Below, piece by piece: positions 45,552-54,190 of a stretch of 64,000 nt of DNA. This DNA is from a virus (Duplodnaviria > Caudoviricetes): positions 87,491-151,490 of IMG/VR virus record IMGVR_UViG_3300044652_000025. The stretch is one strand, 5' to 3'. Within the stretch, counting starts at the first letter, position 1. The number at the start of each line of letters is the position of its first letter. Under the pieces are notes generated by a model. It was given only the letters and a program-made list of their open reading frames with translations, searched no databases and was not told the DNA's origin. A program made the translations under genes and the position numbers.

Positions 45552-48500
45552 CTACTCGAAGAGCAACTCGTCGGCGTCGACCGAGGCCGTCACCTGCATC
45601 TGGGGCTGAGGCGGTTCGACGAACGACGGGGCCGTCCGCTCCCTGCTGGCCGACCGCGGGACGAGGTTGCGCTTGGCCTGGCGGGCCGGTCCCTGACCCT
45701 GACGGATGACCTTGGAGAGGGTGTTGATCTCCGCCTGCATCACCTCGTCCGAGATGTCCGACGACGCGATGTCGGTGGCCATAGCCAGGTCGTCGCCATC
45801 GTCGATGCCAGCCTGGATACGCAGCCGAGCCAGGCGCAGGGCGGCAAAGGTCCGAGCTTCACGAGCGCCTGTCGTCGCCCGCTGCGCGAAGTCGCCTTCG
45901 AGCGGGAACGCCGTGTCGGGGTTGTTCGGGTTGCCAACGCGAACGTCCGTTTCGGTCTTGACGTCGGCCAGCGGTAGTGGTCCCTCGGTGCCGGTGACCG
46001 GCCGGGTCGGATCCTGCTCGTTGAGGTCGAGCGGCTCGTCCAGGACGGTCTCGGTGCCGGTGACGTCGGTGGTGGCGTCGGCTGATACGTCAGTGACCGG
46101 GGTGGCGCCGATGGCCTCGACGTCGGTGTCGTTGAGGTCGCCGAGGGCCTCTTCCGTGGTCTCGGCCGGAGCTTCGGCCGGAGGGTCGGCGATGGGCTGG
46201 GCGGGGTTGTTCTCATCGGCGACCTTCATGAGCGCCGCGAACTTGGGGTGCTGGTCGACCCCCGCCAGACGGGCGATGGCTTCGAGGCCCCGCCGGAGCG
46301 CGGCGATCTGCTGGGCCTGACGGTCGATGATCTTCTGCTGCTCGGCGAGGGCTGCTAGGACGGGTCGCATAATCTGCTCCTTCTGCGACTGCTTCTGGTT
46401 CTGATCCTTCTTCTCGGATTCAGCCTCTGTCTGACTGTCCTGTCCCTGCTGCTGGGGTGGCTGTTGGTCTGGCTGGTCGAGCTTGTCGTTGCCCACTGGC
46501 CGAAGAGTCCCCTTGCCGCATTCCGGGCAGGTGTCGCCCGCCTGTGGGGTGGTCTCCGGTATCTCGTCGGGCTGTTCCTCGTCGCCCTTCAGCTTGGGCG
46601 AAGTCGGGGTACCGTCCTTCGACGGCGGGTGCGGAAGCGACGGTGACTGCGGGAAGCTGGCGGGCGCCGCGGTCTTCGACTGCTTGTCCATCCACGGCGG
46701 CTTGGACTTCTTCTTCGGCTTGCCATCCTCGTCGGTCGCGTCTTCGTCCTCATCATTCGATGAGTCGGATGTCTCTCCGCCGCCGAACATCTGCTCGAAC
46801 TCGGCGTTGATGTCGCCGCCGCCATCGACCGGCGCCGCATCTGCCTCAGTCTCGGCCGTGGGGTCGGAGTTGAACTTCGCCCCGCACTGATCACAGACCA
46901 GCTGCTCATTACCGGGCTCGACGGCGCCCTCGTCCTCGTCCTGGCGCAGGTCGACGTCCCTGGCCTGTTCCAAGTCGGGATCCATGAAGCTGTCCGGCGG
47001 CTTAACGAAGCCACAGACGAGGCACTTCTCGCCGTCGTAGGCCGCTTCCTCGCCGCAGACGGGGCAGTCGGCGTCACGCAAAGTGTCCACTTGTGCCGGT
47101 GCCTTGGCCTCACCGTATGAAATGGTCTGTAGACTGGAATCGCCGGGGTTCGGCATGGCAAGGCGCTTTTCGCCGGGCCGGGTATTGGCACGACTTGTCA
47201 TGGCAGGAGTACCGGGAGGCGGCGTTCGCGTCGCCTCCCTTTCCTTGGCGCCCCACTTGTGCTCGAAGCACCCACCGTTCCGGCGGCAGTGGTAGGTGTG
47301 GAACTTCTCCCGGCCCGCGGCATTGTCGAAGTAGCCGTCGTACCAGGACTCCGGCTCGTTGCGGGCGTCGCCGCCCTCCAGGTTCCGGGACTTCCAGCCG
47401 CGGTTGTAGTGCTTGCGGTACTCGGGATCGACACCATCACCGACGGCGGCCTCGAAGGGTAGACGCCCCTCGATGATGTCCCACGCCTCCTTGACCGTCT
47501 TGCCCTCGGCGTAGAGCAGGTACGCCTCGGCCGAGTCCCACTCGCCGCGGCCGACGAAGAGCGAGTAGTCCCGCAGGTTGGAGACCACGCCGCGGCGGTA
47601 GTCCGGGCCGGTCTGGACGTAGGGCAGCAGGGCCTCGACGCGCTCGCGGTCCTCGGTCCGGTAGTTGATAGTCCCGAAGCCCGGCACGTCCATCGTCTCG
47701 ACCGCGGCGGTGCGCCGGAGCGCAGCCAGGCGGCGGCGTCCCTCGACGCCACCGTGCTCCTCGACGGCCTTGGGGTCGGGCTTGTCCAGCCAGTCCAGGA
47801 ACGGCATCCCCCACTCCTCGCAGAACTTATTGGCCTCGGCCAGGAGGGGGATGATGTCCATGTCGATCCGATCGATGTCGACGTCGAGATCCCCCTCCTT
47901 CCCGTCGGCCCAGTCGGTGGCGGCCAGGGCGGCCCAGCGGTGGTGGCCGTCGACGATGTAGTTGTCCTTGGAGACGAAGATCCGGTCGGGCTCGCCCTGC
48001 TCGTTGAGGACCACTGGCGGCTTGCCGGTCTTGGCGATCTCACCCTCGATCCAGTCGGCCATCCCGGCGATCTTGGAGGACCGCAGCTGGTTCTGAGTGG
48101 CCTTGAGGAAGGTGGCCTTCTCGGTGGTCGGCTCGACGGCGACACCACGCTCGACGAGCATCTTGCGGAACAGCGGCTGGAGGTTGTACTCGCCGTTCGG
48201 CCCCTTGGGGATGTTCTCCTTGAGGATCTTCGAGTCCTTGAACGGCTTCTTGGTCTTCAGCTGGGGCATCTGGATGCGGGGGACACCCTTGCTCTGGACG
48301 CAGAAGAGGTTCGTCCCCTTGACCGTGACGTTGCACAGGTCGATCTCGACATCCTGACCCTTGGCCCTGGCGTCCTTGATCATGTCGCCGAGCTTGTCTA
48401 GCAGGGTGGATACGACCCTGGGCTGCTTGAGGTTGACGTGCTTACCCTCGGCCAGGGCCTTGGCCGCCACCTCGACATCGTCGGTCTCGATGGGGTTCTG

Positions 48501-50519
48501 GGGGTGGCCCTCCTCGCGGTCCTCCCGCTTGGGCTTGTCCTCGGCGGCGGCCTCTTCGGTCTCGTCCTTCCCCGCGTCCTCGGCGCCGGGCCGCGGCGAC
48601 TTGGGGGCGGCGTGACCACCGGGGCCGGTCGTCCACTCGCCGCTCTTGTCCCGCTTCTCGCCCGGATCGTAGGCCAGGAACCGGAACTCATTGTTCAATG
48701 AGGCCGCCCCGCCCGCCGTCTTGGAGGCCCAGAACCCACTCAGCCAGTCGGAGTTGCGACGCTTCGGACGGCGACCCAGGGGGCGCTTGCCGGTGTGGCG
48801 GAGGAACCGGCCGCGGCTGACGTAGACGGCGAACCCGCACGCCGGGCAGGTCGCCCGACCCTCATGCGGTGCCCCTGGCGGGACAGGGGTGTCGGTCCCC
48901 GGGCAGGCGGACCCGCCACTGGGGGCATCGTCGGCGTCGGCGTCGCCATCGGACGCCTCCACCAGCGCGGCGAAGGAGGCGTTGAGCGCCGCGGTCTTCG
49001 AGGCGTAGGCGTGCTGATGGGTGTCGTGCCAGAGGTCGTAGTCCCGGAGGAACTTCTCGATCTCGGCGTGCCACTCGGGGTTGTGCGGCCCTGGCGGGGG
49101 CAGCTGACCGTGGGGGAAGAACTTCTCGCCCATGTTCTTCCGCATGTCAGCCATCATCGAGTCGTAGTACCGCTGGTACTCCTCGTCGCTCATGTTCTCG
49201 ATGTCTTGCATCGACGGGCGGCCGGTGGGGATCTGCGCCTCCTGCAACCTGTTGCTGGGCACCGGCTGACGAGCCTTACGGGGCACGTAGCTCCGCATCC
49301 AGTTGGCCAGCTGGCCCGGAGAGGAGAACTCGGTGGTCTGCTCATCGCGACCCCAATAGAACCCCTGGGTCCGGTCGATGACGAGTTCGACGGAGGTCTT
49401 GCGGATCTCCAGATCACGGCAGATGGTCAGCATGGTCTGAGCCTGCGCCTCGGTCGGCTTGATGACCGCGTCCATGCTGATCTTGAAACTGGGGTTCCGG
49501 GGATAGTTGATGATCAGTCCCCGGATCGCTCCCTGGCCGAACCCTGTGTCATAACCGTAATCAGCATGCATCTCGACCGCGACGACCTTGCCGTCGGGCA
49601 GCATCCAGATGGCGTTGTACTCGCCCATGCCCTTGGGAAAGGCATCCGGAAACTTGTTCAAATAGTCAGTAACACTGAAAGTACCGTAGACCCTACAATA
49701 CTTCTGCAACTCAGCAATGAAGGAATCCAGAGTCGCTATCTTGAATTTGAAGTCGTCATGGCCCGGCAAGGTCCGCCTCGGCTCGGCTAGTCCCGGCAAG
49801 GCTCGTTGCGGTTGGGCATGGCTGTCATGGTGCGGTTTGGAAGCGGCCTTGGAGACTACTCCAGGGCCGCTTTCGACTCCCAAAAAGTATGCAGTTGGGT
49901 CTGCTGGTTCTTCTACCAGCAAGCTGTTCTCGAAGAACCGGAGTCCGTAACAGATCTCATGTACGAGGACATCCTCTTGTGTACCTGAGGCCGTGCGGCG
50001 GCGGATCCTTTTGCCCTTCAGCTTCGGGATGTGTTGGCAGTACTCCAGGGGGGTCGAGGCACGGTTCCCACAGAACGAACACACCGAGTACTCGACATCG
50101 GTTCCCATCGAGGTCCGGTCGACCTCACCAGCGAGGATGGCCTGGGCCAGCTTGGGGAACTTCTGGCCATCGATCTCCATCAAAACCTCAACCCATGTGT
50201 CCGGCGTCCCATCCGGGTTCGTGTCCTCGTGGAGGGCGGCGTCGATGATGACACCGCGGGCGCGTCGGTGGTTGTCGTTGCGGTGGTTGACGAAGACCGG
50301 CTTGCCGACGAAGGTCCGATAGGCGGTCTTGATCTCCTCGGCCGGGAAGGTGTCGAAGTTATCGTTCGTCCGCGACGAGATGGCCCGGCTCCTCACGTAG
50401 AGGAACCCTGGCCGCTTCTCATAGATGAATGAGTGCCGGTGGGCGGTACGGAACGTGGCCCGCTGGTCACCCATCTCCGCGCTGAGGACGGCGGCCGACG
50501 CGAACTTGGTCAGCATCAC
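45552..50519 (-). CDS. Capsid maturation protease-scaffold polyprotein with inserted domains (1655 aa)
   Basis: N-terminal FVGKPVFVNH...RGVIIDA...TSMG..V..S.CS.CGN protease; ParB/Srx-like IVDGHHRW; acidic helical C-terminus; upstream of MCP. Confidence 0.85.
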   Translation of the reverse strand: MMLTKFASAAVLSAEMGDQRATFRTAHRHSFIYEKRPGFLYVRSRAISSRTNDNFDTFPAEEIKTAYRTFVGKPVFVNHRNDNHRRARGVIIDAALHEDTNPDGTPDTWVEVLMEIDGQKFPKLAQAILAGEVDRTSMGTDVEYSVCSFCGNRASTPLEYCQHIPKLKGKRIRRRTASGTQEDVLVHEICYGLRFFENSLLVEEPADPTAYFLGVESGPGVVSKAASKPHHDSHAQPQRALPGLAEPRRTLPGHDDFKFKIATLDSFIAELQKYCRVYGTFSVTDYLNKFPDAFPKGMGEYNAIWMLPDGKVVAVEMHADYGYDTGFGQGAIRGLIINYPRNPSFKISMDAVIKPTEAQAQTMLTICRDLEIRKTSVELVIDRTQGFYWGRDEQTTEFSSPGQLANWMRSYVPRKARQPVPSNRLQEAQIPTGRPSMQDIENMSDEEYQRYYDSMMADMRKNMGEKFFPHGQLPPPGPHNPEWHAEIEKFLRDYDLWHDTHQHAYASKTAALNASFAALVEASDGDADADDAPSGGSACPGTDTPVPPGAPHEGRATCPACGFAVYVSRGRFLRHTGKRPLGRRPKRRNSDWLSGFWASKTAGGAASLNNEFRFLAYDPGEKRDKSGEWTTGPGGHAAPKSPRPGAEDAGKDETEEAAAEDKPKREDREEGHPQNPIETDDVEVAAKALAEGKHVNLKQPRVVSTLLDKLGDMIKDARAKGQDVEIDLCNVTVKGTNLFCVQSKGVPRIQMPQLKTKKPFKDSKILKENIPKGPNGEYNLQPLFRKMLVERGVAVEPTTEKATFLKATQNQLRSSKIAGMADWIEGEIAKTGKPPVVLNEQGEPDRIFVSKDNYIVDGHHRWAALAATDWADGKEGDLDVDIDRIDMDIIPLLAEANKFCEEWGMPFLDWLDKPDPKAVEEHGGVEGRRRLAALRRTAAVETMDVPGFGTINYRTEDRERVEALLPYVQTGPDYRRGVVSNLRDYSLFVGRGEWDSAEAYLLYAEGKTVKEAWDIIEGRLPFEAAVGDGVDPEYRKHYNRGWKSRNLEGGDARNEPESWYDGYFDNAAGREKFHTYHCRRNGGCFEHKWGAKEREATRTPPPGTPAMTSRANTRPGEKRLAMPNPGDSSLQTISYGEAKAPAQVDTLRDADCPVCGEEAAYDGEKCLVCGFVKPPDSFMDPDLEQARDVDLRQDEDEGAVEPGNEQLVCDQCGAKFNSDPTAETEADAAPVDGGGDINAEFEQMFGGGETSDSSNDEDEDATDEDGKPKKKSKPPWMDKQSKTAAPASFPQSPSLPHPPSKDGTPTSPKLKGDEEQPDEIPETTPQAGDTCPECGKGTLRPVGNDKLDQPDQQPPQQQGQDSQTEAESEKKDQNQKQSQKEQIMRPVLAALAEQQKIIDRQAQQIAALRRGLEAIARLAGVDQHPKFAALMKVADENNPAQPIADPPAEAPAETTEEALGDLNDTDVEAIGATPVTDVSADATTDVTGTETVLDEPLDLNEQDPTRPVTGTEGPLPLADVKTETDVRVGNPNNPDTAFPLEGDFAQRATTGAREARTFAALRLARLRIQAGIDDGDDLAMATDIASSDISDEVMQAEINTLSKVIRQGQGPARQAKRNLVPRSASRERTAPSFVEPPQPQMQVTASVDADELLFE

Positions 50520-50620
50520 CCCTTCACCGGGGGTCAGGGGTGGTCAGGCAGGCCCCGACCGGTCTCGGCCGCCGCTCGCCGCTTAACTCGATAGGTCAGC
50601 CCGGGACCGGTGGGGGCGGG

Positions 50621-50800
50621 TCAGATTCGCTGCTTGATCGGGTACCCGTCAAGTTCGATGACCGTGACCTCGGTGGCGTCGGGATCGCGGCGGCGGACCA
50701 TCTCCAGGGCCTCGGTCAGGTCGAGGTCGTAGCCGACCGCCTTACCGTCCCTGGTCAGATCGACCTGTCCGGAAGGCAGGGTCTCGATCTGCCAAGCCAT
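50621..50800 (-). CDS. 59-aa hypothetical protein (MAWQIETLP...), below ORF-track cutoff
   Basis: Manual translation, RBS AGGA, good codon bias. Confidence 0.65.
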   Translation of the reverse strand: MAWQIETLPSGQVDLTRDGKAVGYDLDLTEALEMVRRRDPDATEVTVIELDGYPIKQRI

Positions 50801-50986
50801 GGGTCGATCCTAGTTGCCAAACAGCGTCGCCTCGACGACAGCCGTGCTCACCCCGCACTCCTGCGCTTCCCCTCTCGACATCGCGTCTCGTGCCGTAGCG
50901 ATGCCGGTACCCGGCCCAGCTGCGGGCCTCGGCCAGGCGGCGGATCCGGGTCGCTCGGTCGGTGCGCTCGTCGAAGTAGTCCATGA

Positions 50987-51412
50987 CTACAGAGCCAGCT
51001 TGCAAGCGTCGGTGACGTTCGACAGCGTCAGTCCATACACCGGCCCATGAGCGGCGAAGAAGTCCTGGGCAAAGAGCGCAGCGATGCTATCCCGGTCTCC
51101 GAATCCAGCATGGATTGCCTGTGCCATGGTCCAGCCATTGGAGTAACCGTTGGGTTTGTCCGCCATGGTGCGGCACATATCGGTGACCTGGTTTAGGTTC
51201 GCCGTCCGGGCATCGAGCGTCGTCGAGGTGGTGTCAGCGTTTGCACTCGATGACCCGCTACCACCCATGAAAGTCGTCACGAGGATGAGGAGCAGGACGA
51301 CCAGCCCGGCCCCGGCGTACAGCTGCTTGGCGTGGGTCTTGATGAACGGCTCGGGGGCCGTCGCGGTCCCGTCATCGTTCAAGGTGGTCGTCGGGGGGCG
51401 GTAGTACTCCAT
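50987..51412 (-). CDS. Single-TM membrane protein
   Basis: LYAGAGLVVLLLILVTTFM; RBS GGAAAGGA. Confidence 0.75.
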   Translation of the reverse strand: MEYYRPPTTTLNDDGTATAPEPFIKTHAKQLYAGAGLVVLLLILVTTFMGGSGSSSANADTTSTTLDARTANLNQVTDMCRTMADKPNGYSNGWTMAQAIHAGFGDRDSIAALFAQDFFAAHGPVYGLTLSNVTDACKLAL

Positions 51413-51560
51413 GACCTGGCGGGGTCCTTTCCTGGGGGCTATCGGGTTTATCGGTTAAAATGGTGAGGACTTGAGCCGCTGGTCCCCAGCAGGGGGGAGG
51501 ATGCACTTGAGTCCCGGCTGGGGGACCGGGACTCGCGTGCTTGGCGGGGGGCCATCTGTG

Positions 51561-51746
51561 TTACGAGTCCTTGAGCTTCCCGAGCACCTGGGTGGCCACC
51601 TGGAGGAGGGCTTTGCGCTCGGCCGGGGTGTAGGCGTCGATGTCGACGGAGAGCGTGTAGATGCAGCCGTGAAGCTGCTTGGGGGTGAGGCTCTTGGCCC
51701 AGGCCCACGCCTTGTAGGCCTTCTGGTCGTCGGTCAGTGTCGTCAT
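51561..51746 (-). CDS. Small hypothetical protein
   Basis: Tightly follows upstream gene; high GC3. Confidence 0.7.
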   Translation of the reverse strand: MTTLTDDQKAYKAWAWAKSLTPKQLHGCIYTLSVDIDAYTPAERKALLQVATQVLGKLKDS

Positions 51747-51749
51747 GGG

Positions 51750-52505
51750 CTATCCCTTTCCGGCGCAGACGGGGCCGATCCCGGCCATCCGGGACTCGAT
51801 CCGGGTCAGGTTGCGGTTGCAGATCCGGCAGGCGCCGATCTCGTCGGCGTAGCGCAGGGCGGCGGCGTCCGGGCCGGTCAGGTCCCTGGCGGGCAGGGTG
51901 ACCGGGGTGCCGTCGTCCAGGGTGACCTCGCGGGGGTCGGCCACGTAGGTGGCCTCGCGGATGGCCTTGAGGGCGTCCCGGCGGGCCGGGCCGGTGACCT
52001 TGTAGTAGTTGTTGCCACCGACGACCCGGGTGACCGAGCGGAAGCCCTTCCACTCACCCTCTTTCTCCTCGGTGGAGACCAGGAGGAAGTCCAGGTCGTT
52101 GTTGCCCGAGAGGGAGGGGACGGCGTAGTACCCGTCGGCGATGTCCTCGTGGGCGCCGCCCTTGACCGTCGGGGTCGCAGCCGGAACGGACGCCGTGTTC
52201 TTGGGGAGGGCCTTGAGGGCGTCGATGGCCTTGGAGACGTCGCCGAAGCTGAGGGTCTTGGCCGCCAGCTTGGCATTGATCTCGGCTCGGATGGCCTCAG
52301 CGGCAGGGAGCCCGGCCCGCTCGCCGAGGAGGGACTTGAGGTACCCCCTCTGCTTGCCGGTCGGGAGCCGGTCGGGAGCCGGAGCCGCCGCGGCCGCCGC
52401 CGGAGCACCGGTCCGGAAGGCAGGCCTGGGGGCAGGGGTGTCCTCGGCGTGGGCGGCCCGGAGCATGTCGAGGGTCAGGGGGGTGGATGCAGGATTCGTG
52501 CTCAC
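51750..52505 (-). CDS. DUF6011-like Zn-finger protein
   Basis: CRICNRNLT..ESR.AGIGPVCA; PTGKQRGYLKSL; GTG start. Confidence 0.75.
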   Translation of the reverse strand: MSTNPASTPLTLDMLRAAHAEDTPAPRPAFRTGAPAAAAAAPAPDRLPTGKQRGYLKSLLGERAGLPAAEAIRAEINAKLAAKTLSFGDVSKAIDALKALPKNTASVPAATPTVKGGAHEDIADGYYAVPSLSGNNDLDFLLVSTEEKEGEWKGFRSVTRVVGGNNYYKVTGPARRDALKAIREATYVADPREVTLDDGTPVTLPARDLTGPDAAALRYADEIGACRICNRNLTRIESRMAGIGPVCAGKG

Positions 52506-52511
52506 GTCCTG

Positions 52512-52541
52512 ATTATACCCACCCAAGGATTCTTGAAACAA
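52512..52541 (-). promoter_or_regulatory. SigA-type promoter, leaderless
   Basis: TTGTTT-18-TATAAT, 6 nt before GTG 52505. Confidence 0.65.
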
Positions 52542-52561
52542 GCCCTACGGGAGAGATTTTT

Positions 52562-52924
52562 CTATGACTTCGGTGACCCTCCCAGCAGCCGGGCTGACGC
52601 CGGGGCGCCCTGAGCCTTGTCGAGGACACCCTCGATGAAGCGGAAGACGGCCACACCGACCGAGGAGGCGACCCCCACGCCCAGCGCCCGGCCGGTATGG
52701 CCGCTCTGGAGACCGTCGGCAATAGCCGCCGTCCCGGCGGTCAGCGCGGCGAGGATCAATCCCCGGACGAAGCCGACGACCGCCGGGGAGTACTGCCGCA
52801 GGTCGTCGAGGCTCAGGTCCTTGCCCGCCGCCTTGGCTGCCCGGGACGCCCTCCTCTTGGCCCGGCGGGCCGAGGTCGCAGCCCGGTCGGCCACCTTCTC
52901 TGCGGGCTCCTTCTTGGTCGCCAT
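52562..52924 (-). CDS. Two-TM membrane protein (holin-like)
   Basis: Basic N-terminus, two hydrophobic helices. Confidence 0.6.
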   Translation of the reverse strand: MATKKEPAEKVADRAATSARRAKRRASRAAKAAGKDLSLDDLRQYSPAVVGFVRGLILAALTAGTAAIADGLQSGHTGRALGVGVASSVGVAVFRFIEGVLDKAQGAPASARLLGGSPKS

Positions 52925-52954
52925 CCTCGACTCCTTATCCGGTGAAATGTGCGG

Positions 52955-53533
52955 CTAGGCGACGGGCTCGGTTGAGAGGGTGCCGTCGTTGGCGACGTTG
53001 ATTCGGTGCATCGAGTTGTCTGGGGCGAAGAGAATCAGGCCGTAACCGTGGCTGTACCCCATTCGAAGGTCAGCGTTGACATTGACTATCCCTGCCCCTC
53101 CGCTGGTCATGTAAAGGTCGGTGTCGGAGCCGTTCGTGGAAGAAGACAGGTTCGCTCCGTTGTTGACTGGATCGAAGGTGCCGTCGCCCAGGGCCAACGA
53201 GCCGTGCCCGGAAAGCACCCAACGCGGAAACGCGTCGCCTGCCACCTTGACTGCCAGTACCGGTTGGTCGGCGGGGAGGACAAGGCATTGCATCGTGGCG
53301 TCGCCGCCGCGGATCGGATCGGGGACGGTTTCGGTGGTGAAATCGGTAGCAGCGACAGATGTGCCGGACTGTCCTCCCACCTGAGTAGCGGTGAGGACGG
53401 ACCCGATGGCGTTCTGATCGAGTCGGGCGTACTGATCATCGGTCAGGGTGACCACGTCGCCCGCGTCGTAGTGACCCCCGTCGGGTAATTCGATGTTCGA
53501 GTGCCCGGCCGCGATGGTGACCTGCCAGGGCAT
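52955..53533 (-). CDS. Virion protein with shared N-terminal anchor
   Basis: VTIAAGHSNIELPDGGHYDAGDVVTLTDDQY; C-terminal APDNSMHRINVANDGTL. Confidence 0.75.
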   Translation of the reverse strand: MPWQVTIAAGHSNIELPDGGHYDAGDVVTLTDDQYARLDQNAIGSVLTATQVGGQSGTSVAATDFTTETVPDPIRGGDATMQCLVLPADQPVLAVKVAGDAFPRWVLSGHGSLALGDGTFDPVNNGANLSSSTNGSDTDLYMTSGGAGIVNVNADLRMGYSHGYGLILFAPDNSMHRINVANDGTLSTEPVA

Positions 53534-54180
53534 CAGATCACCGGGATGGCCACGTCGCCCTGCTCGGAGAGCAGGCGTGCCCAGGTCGTCTTGGACATCC
53601 AGAAGTAGCCCTTGTCGCCCCAGCCCGCCGTCCAGTGGTTGAGGCAGCGGACGCGGTCGTTAGCCATCTCGTAGCCCAGCACCGTGAACTCATGGCCTCC
53701 GGCCACAGCGCCCCCGATACGCACCGTACCGTCCGGGAGCGGGTGGAACATGGCCTCGTACCACGGCACCCCGGTGATGACCGGCCCGAGCATCAGTGCC
53801 GCCATGGCGTGGTCGATCCCGAAGGCGTGCTTGTAGCCCCGGATGTAGCCCTTCTCCTTGCACGCCTTCATCACCGCCAGGCCCGAGGAGCCGGTGTCAT
53901 CGGGCGGGTAGTGACCCGGGATCGAGTCGATCGTCGTCGCCAGTTCATAGACGGCCAGGGCATCCTTCTCAGTGAAGTTCTCGGGCTTGGCGGTGTAGTA
54001 CGGCCCACTCATGAGCACCTCGACCGCCGAGTTGCCGGTGCAGCTGCCGATGTCACCCTGGTCGAGCACCTGGCCGTGGTACTCCCACATCACGTCGTGG
54101 AGACGGGCAGCCATGGCGGCCTGGTGCTGCTTGGATCTCGGGTCATGTTCGGCGTGGCGGCCGAGGGTCATGGTGGGCAT
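53533..54180 (-). CDS. Papain-like (C1) cysteine peptidase
   Basis: DQGDIGSCTG, GGHE, NHW..GWGDKGYF. Confidence 0.88.
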   Translation of the reverse strand: MPTMTLGRHAEHDPRSKQHQAAMAARLHDVMWEYHGQVLDQGDIGSCTGNSAVEVLMSGPYYTAKPENFTEKDALAVYELATTIDSIPGHYPPDDTGSSGLAVMKACKEKGYIRGYKHAFGIDHAMAALMLGPVITGVPWYEAMFHPLPDGTVRIGGAVAGGHEFTVLGYEMANDRVRCLNHWTAGWGDKGYFWMSKTTWARLLSEQGDVAIPVI

Positions 54181-54190
54181 GCGATCCTCC

